A stretch of 63,691 nt of DNA, counting the filler, from Hyphochytrium catenoides (lineage: Eukaryota; Protista; Hyphochytriomycota): NCBI GenBank assembly GCA_900088475.1. It is 15 parts of 15 records of this genome, joined end to end, with 100 filler letters (N's around TTAATTAATTAA, not from the genome) between each part and the next. Parts side by side here need not be neighbours in the genome. Positions count along the whole stretch, not along the records: positions 6,217 to 13,378 come from FLMG01000778.1; positions 13,479 to 17,541 come from FLMG01002784.1; positions 17,642 to 19,177 come from FLMG01000880.1; positions 19,278 to 20,634 come from FLMG01001975.1; positions 20,735 to 23,735 come from FLMG01004495.1; 10 more parts are not named here. One strand, written 5' to 3'. Both the position numbers and the translations under genes were made by a program. Under the pieces are notes generated by a model. That model made no database searches. It saw only the letters and a program-made list of their open reading frames with translations, and was not told the DNA's origin. This document shows, piece after piece, positions 11,101 to 22,880 of this stretch (its first letter is position 1; the number at the start of each line of letters is the position of its first letter).

Positions 11101-12609
11101 TCTCCGATGTAGGGAATGGCACATGGAAGAAAAAGACAGTTTTCGCTTTCTGCCAGCCACAAGCAGCCGCGCCCTGATGACAGGACACAATGTTTAGCAG
11201 GGCAAACCGCAACGAGAGAAAAAGAGGATCAACAGCCCGACAAAATAATTAACATGGGTAAAATATTAGGAGTGAGAGTCAAAAGACAGAGAGAGAGAGA
11301 GACCGGCAGAGAAAAGGAAAGAGAGAGGGAGAACTTGCACAAATGCGGTGAAAATGGCTTGCCTCTGCAATCATTTTGGGCAGCAACATGAGGTGATAGT
11401 CGTGGATCCAGGCTATCTCTCCATCCTTCGCCACTTCTAAGTACTTCTCCGCAAATATCTTGTTTACTGCCTGGTAAGCCTCCCAGAACCGCCGCTGATC
11501 CTTCTCTTCAAACCCTTTCCGGGGATCAAAGCTTGCCTCTCCCCATACAGAACTATAAAGACAGTCCCGATATGAGCCGCAGAAGAAAGAGAAAGATTGA
11601 GAGAGAAATGGTACAACGGCAAAGATGATGTTAGAGAATAGCCTGTCTCTTAGAACCAGTGTAAACATAGTGCAAAGTGCTATGAAGGCAGAAGGCCTCT
11701 GAAAGTTAAAAGATGAAGTAGAGAGCAAGGAAGAGCTAAAGGCGAAAGGACAGAGGACCTCATGCGCTTTTATAGAGGAATGCTTCCTGGCTACTCTTCA
11801 TTCTTCTCCATCTTTCTCTCTTTTCTCTCTCTCTCTTTCTCCCGCTCATACCTGTATAAATCTAGCAGATCAACGTTGTGAAAGAGAGACCAGAGGATGC
11901 CCTTGCAGTATCCCATGTGAGAATCTTGAGACAGCTGCGTATCGAGGAAGATAGGGAGACAGTCCATCTCCAGGAGGACCTTGCTTATGCTCGCCTTTAG
12001 AGAAATGAGAAAGGAGAAGAGAGAGGGAAAGGCAGAAAAGATGAGCAAACGTGTGTGAAGATGAGAAAGGGGCAGACAGAGAGAACGGCAAAGAGACTGG
12101 GAAGAAGAGAGCAAGCTAGCCTATGAAGAGATGAGAAAGGAAAAGAGAAGAGGAAGAGAAAAGATGAGCAAAAGTGGGAGAAAATGGAGAAGCAGCAGAC
12201 ATAGAGAACAACAAGGGACAGGGATAAAGAGAGCAAGCCAGGAGCCAGAGAACCAACGGGACACAGGGCGGCCAAAGCAAGGAGAGAAAACGCGACATCC
12301 GGCCAGAGAGAAAGGTGCAAAAGGGAGACGGACAGTGGGGAGCGACAGAATGAGCTATAAGAGAATATAGGGAAAAGCCTTTGCTTGCTGTGTCATCTTT
12401 TTCTCCTTACCTTGTCTTGTTCGCTGAGCTCCTTTCCATGTCCTCCTACAATAACATCAGGATTTACTGAGCCAATCCATTGCACCGTCATCTCATCCGC
12501 AATACTATGCTCAGACTTAGAGATGATGCTGTCATAGTTCCACTCGCAGCGCCAGGTGCCGTTCTCCTGGGAGAAAGGGTGAGCGTGGGAGGAGAGAGAG
12601 AGAGAGAGG

Positions 12610-12643
<34 letters not shown>

Positions 12644-12945
12644 AAGAGCGGCGCAAGGAGAAGAGAGAGAGGAAATGTGGCTAAGAGTACAAGCCCTTGG
12701 CTAGCACCAAGCGAAACATAGGCCCCTCGTCAAGCCTGTTGCATATACCAGTGCCTCTCTCAAAGCCGTCACTAAATCAAAGAGAGATGGTTCGATAGCT
12801 TTCCTCTTAGACGTACCTCCTTCTCCAGCTTGACTGGCAGGTGATAGCAGATGAGATAGAGTTTGTCTGTCTTGGAGGGTGTCCAGCACTTATCTTTCTC
12901 TTCGAAGTACGGTTTCTTTACACTGGGACCACTCTTCACCGCCAT
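6336..12945 (-). CDS. Fused trehalose-6-phosphate synthase/phosphatase (GT20 + HAD), multi-exon; 3' end lost at the linker, 5' end uncertain
   Basis: Exons give LYLICYHLPV, YCKGILWSLFH, WEAYQAVNKIFA, WIHDYHLMLLP, FFFHVPFPTSEIFR, GFHTFDHARHF, SVREGLNLQPLEY, LASEFSACCSVLNGALRINPWN, MDYGGTL, VFVISG and WNFRSSDPEWG. Confidence 0.95.
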
Positions 12946-13082
12946 GGTGCTAACCTTACGGGACAGCGCCCGCGTGGAACCTTGGAAAGGACTGAGAGAG
13001 CATAAACAGAAAAAGAGAGAGAGAGAAATGAGGGAGCGAAAGAGAGAGAGAGAAAGAGAGAGAGAGAAAGAGAGAGAGAGAA

Positions 13083-13138
<56 letters not shown>

Positions 13139-13478
13139 AGCGGTGCTTAGCTCCGGAGTGGGTGATAACAGGAAGAGAGAAAGGCAGTTCAGAGGCAAAT
13201 GTTGGCAAACAGATATGCTCCTGAAGGAGAACTCCAGGAAAGTAAAAGAGAAAGAGAGTAGCAGAAGAACTGTCAAGAATCAAAAGGATCGAGGCAGAGA
13301 GAGAAAAAAAACCAGATAATAGCTGTTTCAACGAAAGAGAGACGTACTCATTGCACTACCAAGGTCAAGAGGGTGGCANNNNNNNNNNNNNNNNNNNNNN
13401 NNNNNNNNNNNNNNNNNNNNNNTTAATTAATTAANNNNNNNNNNNNNNNNNNNNNNNNNNNNNNNNNNNNNNNNNNNN

Positions 13479-13545
13479 AAAAGATTGATGTGGCCTTTAT
13501 TATCAAGAGATTATTAAGGAGAGTGTAATCGACTACTGTTTGAAG
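13479..13545 (+). repeat. Dispersed short repeat family C (TTGATGTGGCCTTTATTATCAA...GAGTG..AATCGACTACTGTT); related copies at 14131-14192(+), 17196-17265(-), 63367-63440(-) and 63545-63613(+)
   Basis: Shared motifs GGCCTTTATTATCAA and (T/A)GACTACTGTT visible in several copies and in both orientations. Confidence 0.6.
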
Positions 13546-14937
13546 AAGATGAAGAGATGCAAATATGTACTACGAAGGAACAAAAGAGAATGGAGAAAGA
13601 GCTAAAATAGGCCAAAAAGAAAGGAAGAGCAGAGTAGCAGGACCTCAGCCGGCCCGCAAGGGCCGGGAAGTGACAGAAGTTAGCAGTTGTGGGGCCACCA
13701 AGGAGGCGGCGGGGAGATCGTCCTCCTCTCCAATAATTCGAGAGAGGAAAAAGTCTTGATCCTGCTCACGGTCAATAACCGAGAGGGCGTTGTCAGGAGC
13801 AGGAGCAGCGGCAGGAGCAGGAGAAGAAGAAGAAGCAGAAAAGAGTGGAGAGGAAGAGGAGAGGGAAGTAGAAGCGTGAAAGGCGGCAAGCTTAAGGAAG
13901 GGCGCAGAAGGCGGCAATCTCGAAACCATCATACCTCCTCGTGCAAAGCCAAAGACATTTGCCTCAATAAGCGATGGCGAAAGAAGTGTACATCACGCTC
14001 AAGAGCAACGGTCCGATCAGCTTGCGCAGCGCAAATAAATAGTATTGACAAAGGCTGCAAGGGTGGCAGAACACCCACCAAAAGACTCCCAAACCTGAGG
14101 GAGGAAGGAAGTCGATCTGATGCATTTTGACTTTGATGTTTCCTTTATTATCAACCAAGATATTGGTAAGGAGTGTAATCGACTACTCTTTTTCACTTTG
14201 ATGCCCTTGGCCGACAGGACAAAGGTCTCAACTCAGGAACGAGTATGCGTGTGACATTTAATTAAATTAGCTAGTACTACCAATCAGAAGAGGTGAAGGA
14301 GAAGAAGAAGGAGAACAAGAAGAAGACGAAGACGAGGAAGATGAAGAAGAGAAGACTACAAGAGCTGCAAAGCCTTGTTGGTCTTCTCTTCTTCAGCTCT
14401 ATCTTCTCCGCACTCCTTATCAGCAAGATAGAATCCTAGTTGATTACTGGTTGAAGCCCTCAGCAACGATAAAAAGAGGACAGAAAGGAGGAGCCGGAGA
14501 CGATGAAGCGCCGAGACCAAGGCAAGCGAGAGAAGGGTCTATGTGCTGAAGGGGTCTACGCTGCTTCAGGATATGAAGCGCCTTTTTTATGAATGGCCAC
14601 CGAGACTCCGTACGCAGAAGCGGGAGGAGAAAATGAGAAGAAGAAGGAGAAAAAGAAAAGGAAGAAGCAGAAGAAGAGGAAGAAGAGACAACAAGAGCTA
14701 CATATTCTTGGTCTTCATCAGAGCATCTTTTTGGAATTATTTATTGAATTTTTATTGAATACATGAATCGCATTACCTGCTACTACTATGCATAAGTAAA
14801 AGAAGAGGAAGAAGAAACTCTTCAGAAGAAGAGAAAGAAGGAGCAGAAGACATAAGAGAAGAAGAAGAAGAAGAAGAAGGAGGAGGAGACTCTAATCGAC
14901 ACGATCTGCTCCACGCTCATTATCACAAGAAACAGAA

Positions 14938-16415
14938 TCAAGAGTTGACTGCCTCCGTAAAAACAACAGGAGAAGAAGGAGGAGAAGATGGAGCGCTGAC
15001 GGCCTTGTCATCGACAGGTTCATCCAGGTAAGCAAGAGAAGAGTCCAACTGCTGAGAAGGAATACGCTCTAGAATCTGGAGCGCATCTTCTTTTAAGGCC
15101 AGCGACTCTGGAACGCAGCGGTCAAGTCTGGCGGACCCAGACCAATGAACATGATGCCGAGAAGTATTAAGAGCAGAGCGATCACTCTGAAGCTTGACAA
15201 GTTGTTCCACACAGTCCAGGAAACACGGCATCGCTCCTCCGAAAGACTTCCAAACTAGTGGCACAAACTGCAGCCCCACAGCTTGACAAGGGCCCTCGTA
15301 CTTCTTAACTTCATTCTTTTTTTGGAAGCTACCCTGATAGCCGGCGTTGATTGCAGCATAAGGAAGGGTTCTGGTTTGCAGCGAATCCCTACAAGACACA
15401 TCAAAGCCGGTGTATTGGTAGGAAGTTGAGAAGCCACGAATCAACAAATCTCCAGGCTTCTAATTGGAGCTGAAGGAGGCGACAAGGATCGTGAGAGACT
15501 TTGAGACCAGAACCTCGAAAGGCATGAACTTTTTTTTTTTCGCGGCGGTGACGCTGATGGTTGGGTTCACCACGACGACAGACAATACCTGATACCCGAA
15601 GGCATCCACCATCGGACGAGAGCAGGTCTGACAGGAAACACGACGAGTGCACGCAAGGGGAAAAACAAAGATCGCCACAACGTCACCCGAATCACCAGAG
15701 GAGAAGAAACCTTCAAGTACAACCAGGAGAAGGAGCAGCTTGAACGAAAGCCCCTGCGTGCGAGTAAGAAGTAGCTCGTAAACGAGCCTTAAAGCGCAAG
15801 TTCAGGTCAACAGCGAAGACAAAGAACCGTGACAGACGTTGACCAAACAAACCTAGACAGGTACAGTTGCAGATGCACTGTAGAATTAGGACGGAAGAAG
15901 CACGTCGGCACCGTGAACATCGTTGCGTGCCAGAAGGCACCGAGCAAATCGTCAGCCGACGGTGGAGAGTAAGTCTCGACATACGGCAAACACCAAGAGT
16001 TGCGCGCTTAATTTGGCCGTGGCATCAAAGGAACCGATACGCAGGAAACGCGAGGGAGGAGCAGATGGCAGACCAAGGCCACCCAGGTGAGTCGTTAAGG
16101 TAGCTTGTTGCCAGACCGCCAGATGAGGTCCGAGACGAAAGGCAAGCCCAAGATTCGAGCGCGAAAACCATTTAAGCGGACTTCAGCTGAGAGCAAAGAG
16201 AGGCCAGGCCACCTGAGAACAAGGACAGCCGCGAAGCAGATGAGAAATCTTGGCAGACCCTGAGGAGACAACCGCAAGGAGACGAAGTTGGGCCTGAGGA
16301 GAGAGGAGAGGAGACTGAGCCTCGCATCATCTTCTTGATCTACTAGACGCGAGGGGACGGAACGAGACTAAGAACAGACGAAAGAGCAGAACCAATGGGT
16401 ATCCCCTAAATAAGT
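14938..16415 (-). mobile_element. Degenerate, 5'-truncated CRE-like non-LTR retrotransposon (end of RT, CCHC knuckle, REL endonuclease)
   Basis: Frameshifted fragments: YLG/IPIGSALFV, KISHLLRGCP, WQQATLTTHLGGLGLP, GAFVQAAPS, CQTC..MVDAFGYQVLS and PGDLLIRG...FDVS...KKYEGPCQAVGLQFVPLVWKSFGG. These are typical of CRE/R2-type REL elements. Confidence 0.8.
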
Positions 16416-16941
16416 GCTCTACTACACCCATCCAACAAGCAGGCAGATGGAAAGCCAGACTGCTACATCTGAACGAACCAGTCTGAACGTCTTTTGGACT
16501 AGTAGAACAACTGACTACCTGTTATCTCTCTTATAATTAGGGATGGGCTCTCTTGAAGAACTTGACCACAATAATAGAAAGTAGACCGGTTGCCCTTATT
16601 ACTTCGTTTTGGCTGTCTTTACCTACTCCAAAGAGCTTCGGTGACGAAAACAATTCGCATGGACTGATGAACTGAAGTACTGAAAGCTGCAGCTGGTAGT
16701 ATAAGAGTATCCATGCATTCTCTGCACTGTACAGATTGAGGCAGCTACTGGTACTTCTAGAAGTATTCATTGCCGAGCGGGGTTGGATCACTCCCTATAC
16801 GCCTGTTCTCAAAAGCAGTTCCTTCTATGCAGTACTTCTCAGCTGACGGCAGTGTCATTTGAACGTCCTGTCTTCTCTCGTTCTTATTCGTATCCGTGCG
16901 GGGTTTTATTTTTTATTTTATCACGGAGCAAGCAGAAGAAG

Positions 16942-17010
16942 AAGGTTAATAAAGGGCCACATTCTCGCAGAAGGAAAAGAGGAAGAAGAATGTGGCCCTT
17001 TATTAACCTT
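16942..17010. repeat. Perfect 24-bp inverted repeat with a 21-nt spacer
   Basis: AAGGTTAATAAAGGGCCACATTCT (16942-16965) and AGAATGTGGCCCTTTATTAACCTT (16987-17010). Confidence 0.9.
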
Positions 17011-17720
17011 TTTTTCAATGTTTATAAAAGATTAAAGAAGAGACTGATGATGAGCAGGGAGCAGATCGAGCTGAGGTGGAAGAGCCTATGGCTTCTCAGC
17101 TTTTCTTCTCCTTCTCTTCTTCTTCACAATCTTCTTCTAGATTAGTTTGCTAAAACGAATCTCTTTTGTTGCTTCGTAGTACATATTGGCATCTCTTCTT
17201 CTTCGTCAAACAGTAGTCGATTAGAACTACACACTCTTTACTAATTTCTTGATAATTAGAAACGTTTGCTTGAGGAAGGAAGAGAACACAGAAATCTATA
17301 GCGGAATACCACCACCAATGAGGTTGTCTTTCGGAAACTGAAGAACTGGTTGGATTGGCTATTCGGGTAGTGACTACTGTTTTTCTCTCTCTTATATCAG
17401 TCTTCTTCGCTGGACCGCATGCTGTTCCGGCTACTTGATGCGGTACTGCCTCTATCTCAGGCACGGCAGATACGTGCAGCATTGGCTTGCGGGTGACCGG
17501 GTGACCCTCCCTGACCCTTGAATATCAAGGACAAAACAGTCNNNNNNNNNNNNNNNNNNNNNNNNNNNNNNNNNNNNNNNNNNNNTTAATTAATTAANNN
17601 NNNNNNNNNNNNNNNNNNNNNNNNNNNNNNNNNNNNNNNNNCTCTTCATACTCACTTCGAGCATATCAGTAGACCACATAACCTAAAAAATAAGAGTGTC
17701 TTCTTCAAATTCCATACATT

Positions 17721-18573
17721 ATCAATACAGCAGGCAAGCCTGAGGGCTCGCCATTTTAGATAGGGGTAATCCAGCCTTGACCGGCAGGATTATTGTACGA
17801 GTACTCGTACACCGTACTTTACTTGCTCAAGCAGGAATAGATCATAGTACTCCCTTATTATTAGCATCTTAGCAAATAGAGATTTGATGATTAATAACCG
17901 AGTATATTTGTTTTTTATTTGGAATAGTAACGGGGTAAATTTGTTTTATAGCAATAGCCGGTAGGTCTAATAACAGCTATATTTAAATACAACTACAACA
18001 GGGAGGAGTTGGTGTGGATTTGGTTCCTCAGTATAGTAATGGGGATAGGGAAAAGCGGAACAACGACTACAGAGTACAGTGTCAAAAAGAGCTACAGTAC
18101 GATTGACTATACAGTACCAAAACCTGTCCCCTTTCGTGCAGCATATTCACCCTTTGGCATGTTTTGAGAATGAACTAATGAACCCAAGACGAACAATGTG
18201 CTTTCGATGAATTGATTATTTGGTGATTACAAAAACTGACCAATCACAGAATTAACGACGTTTGCATTTGTTTTCAAAGTCCTTTTGGCTTCTTTTTACC
18301 CCCTTTCATGTTCCTATTTACGTAAGCACTTACGTTTAATCGAACAGAGAATGCTTATCAAAATGGTGATTGGAAACAAATCATGAATTAACGTCAACCT
18401 CAGAATTGTGCTGGTCCGGGGGTACGATTTACTACCTGTGAACAGACAGACAGACAGATACACAGACAGACAGACAGACAGACAGACGCGGACGAACAAA
18501 TCGGAAAAGAATTCTGCACCGCCTGACGCAAAAACCTAAACAAAAAAGCTTCGCCCTTCGGGCTCGCCAATAA
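17721..18573 (+). mobile_element. Non-autonomous Helentron/HINE-like element, apparently complete
   Basis: 5' ATCAATA..GGGCTCGCC plus TAATCC..GGATTA hairpin, internal (CAGA)n microsatellite, 3' GCCCTTCGGGC hairpin then TCGCCAATAA. Segment 17721-18338 is a close reverse-complement copy of 30145-30740. The class assignment is inferred. Confidence 0.6.
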
Positions 18574-18582
18574 CATACTCAT

Positions 18583-18960
18583 GGGAGTTCGAGCTGCGGG
18601 GAGGTGTTGGAGTCTGAGGCGCAGCTATCTGGACTACAAGCCGGCAAGCTAGCTACGGAGTATTCAAATTCCAGCTCCAAAGTCTCAATAGAAGCCAAGT
18701 ATGAGGCAAACGACTGTACCTGTTTATATCTATGGCTTATGGTCAGTATCCCCGAATACCTCCAGGACTGACTGTTATATTGCAGACACGACCATCACCA
18801 TGACTTAATATCGTAGGGATTATTTGGAATAGTTGGCATAGTCAAAATAGCTCTAGTTTGTGGGACCCAGTTGGGCTTGTAAGTACTGTATCGCACTCTC
18901 ATCTAATGCCGTTGTCCAGTCTCCCGGATAAATCGAACAGGTCATCTGTCAACCATTTTC
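18583..18960 (+). repeat. Dispersed repeat family B; copies at 27105-27220(+), 27521-27660(-), 27688-27795(+) and 28090-28418(+)
   Basis: Shared blocks TGTTGGAGTCTGAGG..CAGCTAT, CTGTTTATATCTATGGCTTATGGTCAGTA, GGAATAGTTGGCATAGTCA and GCACTCTCATCTAATG. Confidence 0.85.
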
Positions 18961-19336
18961 AACACACTTGATCCTTCGCGTAAGTTAGTGTTAGGAAGAG
19001 TAACCTCGTAGTCACCCATACCTGCAACAACGATCAGAAAAGAGAGCTAGGTAGGTAGTGGCAAGAGTGATGAATTCTAGCAGAGGTAGATGTTGATGAT
19101 GTCTGAAGCTCTATCTAGATAAACATGTGAACTTTACAGAGCTGGGTGGCAATGCCTGAAGCTTCGGTATGAGCACANNNNNNNNNNNNNNNNNNNNNNN
19201 NNNNNNNNNNNNNNNNNNNNNTTAATTAATTAANNNNNNNNNNNNNNNNNNNNNNNNNNNNNNNNNNNNNNNNNNNNAGAGAGAGAGAGAAAGAGATGAA
19301 GAGTAACGAAGAAGGAAGCTTCCCCACGTTTCTCAC

Positions 19337-20482
19337 CTTTAGCTGCTGCGTCCATGCCTTGACTTGCTCCATCTCTGACGCCTGCGTGAGACCATTTCTG
19401 ACTTCTTCGGGCGGGATGACTAGAGGTGTTCCAAACTCAATGAGGACGTCACTAGCCCGGGGACAGGAAGAGAGAGAAAGGCAGGGGAACAGCATCGGAG
19501 GTCAGGTTATCATTGAGCAGACGCCAGGGGAAGAGACACACAGCAGGCAAGAATAGAGCAAAAATACCAAAAGGCAAAAAGAGAGAGAGCGCAAAAGGTA
19601 AGACTGAGAGAGAGAAAGGATGACTGAGAGAGGATGACCGCAACAGGATGAGTCATATGGGAGAAGATCTGGAGGGACAGGCCAAAAATGGGAGTAGAGG
19701 AGAGAAAGTAGAAGTTAGGATAGTGAGGTCCGATGTGGTCGAGAGGGTGAGGAAGGGAAGGAGACGGAATCTTCTACGTTCCGCTATCTCCCGCTCTTAC
19801 CTGCGGAATTTGTCCTTGTTGAAGTACGTGATACCGCATGGCACTGGTGGAGAGGAGGGAAGGAGAGAAGGAAAGCGGAGCAGGTCAGGAGCTTATGGAC
19901 GATCGGGGAGAGAGAAGCGGAGAAGGTTGGAACAATGAACGAAAGAGAGAAGACAGAGAGGCGGAGATCTCTAGAGAGACGGAGAGAGAGAAACACACAC
20001 AGCCAAGAGAGAGAGAGACTAACGGACAGACAGACAAGCAGACCCAGAGCGTGACTGTGAGAGAGAAAGCGAGAAGAGCCAAGCATTTGGAAGCACCGAT
20101 GGACAATGCCAAAGTTCCTGGATAGAGGAAGCCAGAGAAGGGGAAGTTGGCTACACTCTCTATTCCAGGGACTGTGGAGAAAAAAGCTCCTCCGTCCTAC
20201 CTATTGGCACAGCCTGACCGTACTCCTTCGCATAGCCGATGGCGAGCCTAATGACGCCAGACTTGAGCTCCAGCAGCTTAGGCTGCGTGTAGGACGTGCC
20301 CTCGGGAAAGAGAACAAGGCAGTTCCCTCGATGGAGCGTCTGCCAGCTCTTCTCGAACATCTTCTTCGTCTCTTTGGCGCGCTCCTCTGAGCTGAGATCA
20401 GAGTCCTTGTCTTGCACTAGCCCAGGAGTCCGCGGAGGCGCGCGGTACACAGGGACAGCGCCTAGTGACCTGAGTATCCAGC
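19337..20482 (-). CDS. Glycerol-3-phosphate acyltransferase-like (PlsC family, SCT1/GPT2 type), 3 internal exons
   Basis: LGAVPVYR...LVLFPEGTSYTQPKLLELKSG...VPI/VPCGITYFNKDKFR/SDVLIEFGTP. Confidence 0.88.
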
Positions 20483-20764
20483 CTACAGAAGGTGACAGAG
20501 TGTAGAGGTAAGTTATGGAGCTAACAAAGTCATGATAGCGAGACAGGACAAGGAGGGCAAATCGTGTAGACCGTTGAGTTGAATAGAGGAAAGTAAGAGA
20601 GAGAAGAAAAGAAAAACAGAGAGAGAGAGAGAGANNNNNNNNNNNNNNNNNNNNNNNNNNNNNNNNNNNNNNNNNNNNTTAATTAATTAANNNNNNNNNN
20701 NNNNNNNNNNNNNNNNNNNNNNNNNNNNNNNNNNGAGAGAGAGAGAGAGAAAGAGAGGGAGAGG

Positions 20765-20796
<32 letters not shown>

Positions 20797-21499
20797 AAGG
20801 GAGAGGGAGAGAGAGAGAGACAGAGAGCAAAGGGAAACCATCACCTCGACCGTTACAACGGGCAACATTTATTTCAAGAATAACACCAATGAAATAATCC
20901 GATAAAAACGTGGTAGCTCCCCCCTGCCAGGGTGGAATAATTCAGGTAGTGCAATATATGAAACCTATTAGTCATCGATGTCTAAAGCATCTAGGGCTTG
21001 TCACTGCAGCAGATGTTACGCTGTCGTAAAGTACTAAGCAGTCTCCTTGCTTCATATCCCGTTGTCCTGCCTTGACTCATCATCGAATCGGCGCTATCTG
21101 CTGTCCCCATGATAAAGGCGGCAGTGAGCGATAAAGAAGATGACTATCGATGAGCGATGAGGCTTAGGGGTTTAGGGTTAGGAGAGTTAGCGCTAATAAC
21201 ACCATCTAACAAGGCCAGTGAAGTCACGCATAGTAGGGCGGCTCGGGTCGTGGCAGCTAATAGATATATAATTGATGAGGCCACTGATTCCAGTGCTTCT
21301 TGCTTTGGGCTTAGGGTTAGCCTTACTTCGCGCTCATGACGTGTTTGAGCTAGAGGATGCCCCGGCTGATAAGATACTACTCTGTAGCAGTGAACGAAGA
21401 AGGAACAACAAAGATGCCACCCTTCCAAGTAGCAGATTATCATCTAGCGGTACCGATCTAGAGGTTAGCACTACGGGCTCGCTCGCCGTCTCTGCTACC

Positions 21500-22587
21500 A
21501 ATATTTTGCTTCTTCTATAGTTCAAGAAGAGAGTATGCTGCCGTGATGATGAACCAGGGTATGGAGCGTACTGAGTCCTAGAACTATCAGCAAATCGTGC
21601 TGCAAACTATCAACGAGATCCCTGCAAGGATGGAGCAGAGTGCGGAAGGGTGTTCGGTCCTCCTGGTGGTGGGGTAGCTGTGAATGGTTGCTGCGATCAC
21701 CTATTTAGATTAAACAGAAGGGTAAAAGAGTGGCCATGATGCATCAACCAAGTACGGAGTAGAATACCGACTACGGTTGCTGTTTGGCACTCAGTAATAC
21801 GAAGAGAGAGATGAGGGCCCTTAAATTAAGACTACTGCTCGGAAAGAGGGCTGCTCCGAGGTGAGCCCACCGACACACGCAGACCTGGTGGGGCCTCCGG
21901 CACTTGGTGCTGCGCAGCCACCAGAGCACGCCCTTTAATAGGCAATAGAACGCGGGGCCAACTTCCTCGAGCATCGTAGCCCTCTAACCTGTGGGGGTGG
22001 ACCGAGTTGCGGCGGTAGTGAGCCTTCTCGCTACTACCACCACTGTGTGCGCCGCTAGCAGTGGTGGTAGTGTTACCTGTTTGGGCGTAATTTTATCCTT
22101 CAGGTTCCCCTCCTGATACGTTCCCCAGTTGCAAGTGCCAAAGAGAATTTCTTCCCAAAGGAACAGTTCTACCCAGAAGACATGGAGTCCGCTGAGCCGA
22201 GGCAGGGCTTGCAGCTATAAAAGATTAGCACGACCCCGCTAGGTTGACTTCCTCCGGATGTCCACGTACAACGAGAACTACCTTCCCTCTTATGAGAAGA
22301 CTGGAGCAAAGAGTAGAGCTACTGCGATGCCAAAGTGTGCCCAAAGGGAGAGCGAAGCCCATAAAACGGTAGTCAACAGGGGCCAAAAAATTTCTTTATA
22401 GTTATCGCTAGCCTTCGAGTGTACCAGTATTGCCCTGCGTCATCATCTAGAGTCGGTCATATTCAGCATCGGTGTTCCACATGCTGATCTTATACAGTAC
22501 AGTACTAGCGATGGGACCAGATTATCCATGATACCTCCAGGTTGATACCAAAGCGGTCTCCCAGAGGTTCAGCACTGTACGGATGCT
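21500..22587 (-). CDS. Probable 3' exons of an unidentified multi-exon gene
   Basis: GT-AG-bounded open segments HPYSAEPLGDRFGINLE, LQALPRLSGLHVFWVELFLWEEILFGTCNWGTYQEGNLKDKITPKQ, RATMLEEVGPAFYCLLKGVLWWLRSTKCRRPHQ and VIAATIHSY. Upstream introns are (CT)n-rich. No family recognised. Confidence 0.4.
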
Positions 22588-22832
22588 TCACATCAGAGCA
22601 TGAGAGAGAGAAAGAAAAAGACGGAGGAGAGAGAGAGAAAGGGAAAGAGAACGAGAGAGAGAGAAAAAGAGAGAGAGCGAGAGAGGGAGAGAGAGAAACC
22701 AAAAAGACGAAAAAGGCAGAGAGAGAGAGAGAGATCAAGATGATAGAGAGAGAGAGAGACAGAGAGAGAGGGAGAGAAAGAAACAAATAAGATGAAAGAG
22801 AGAGACAGAGCGACAGAGAGAGAGACCGACAC

Positions 22833-22880
<48 letters not shown>

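Noticed and set aside
21163-21322. Telomere-like TTAGGG words
   Set aside because: Only 2-3 degenerate units, internal to a contig.
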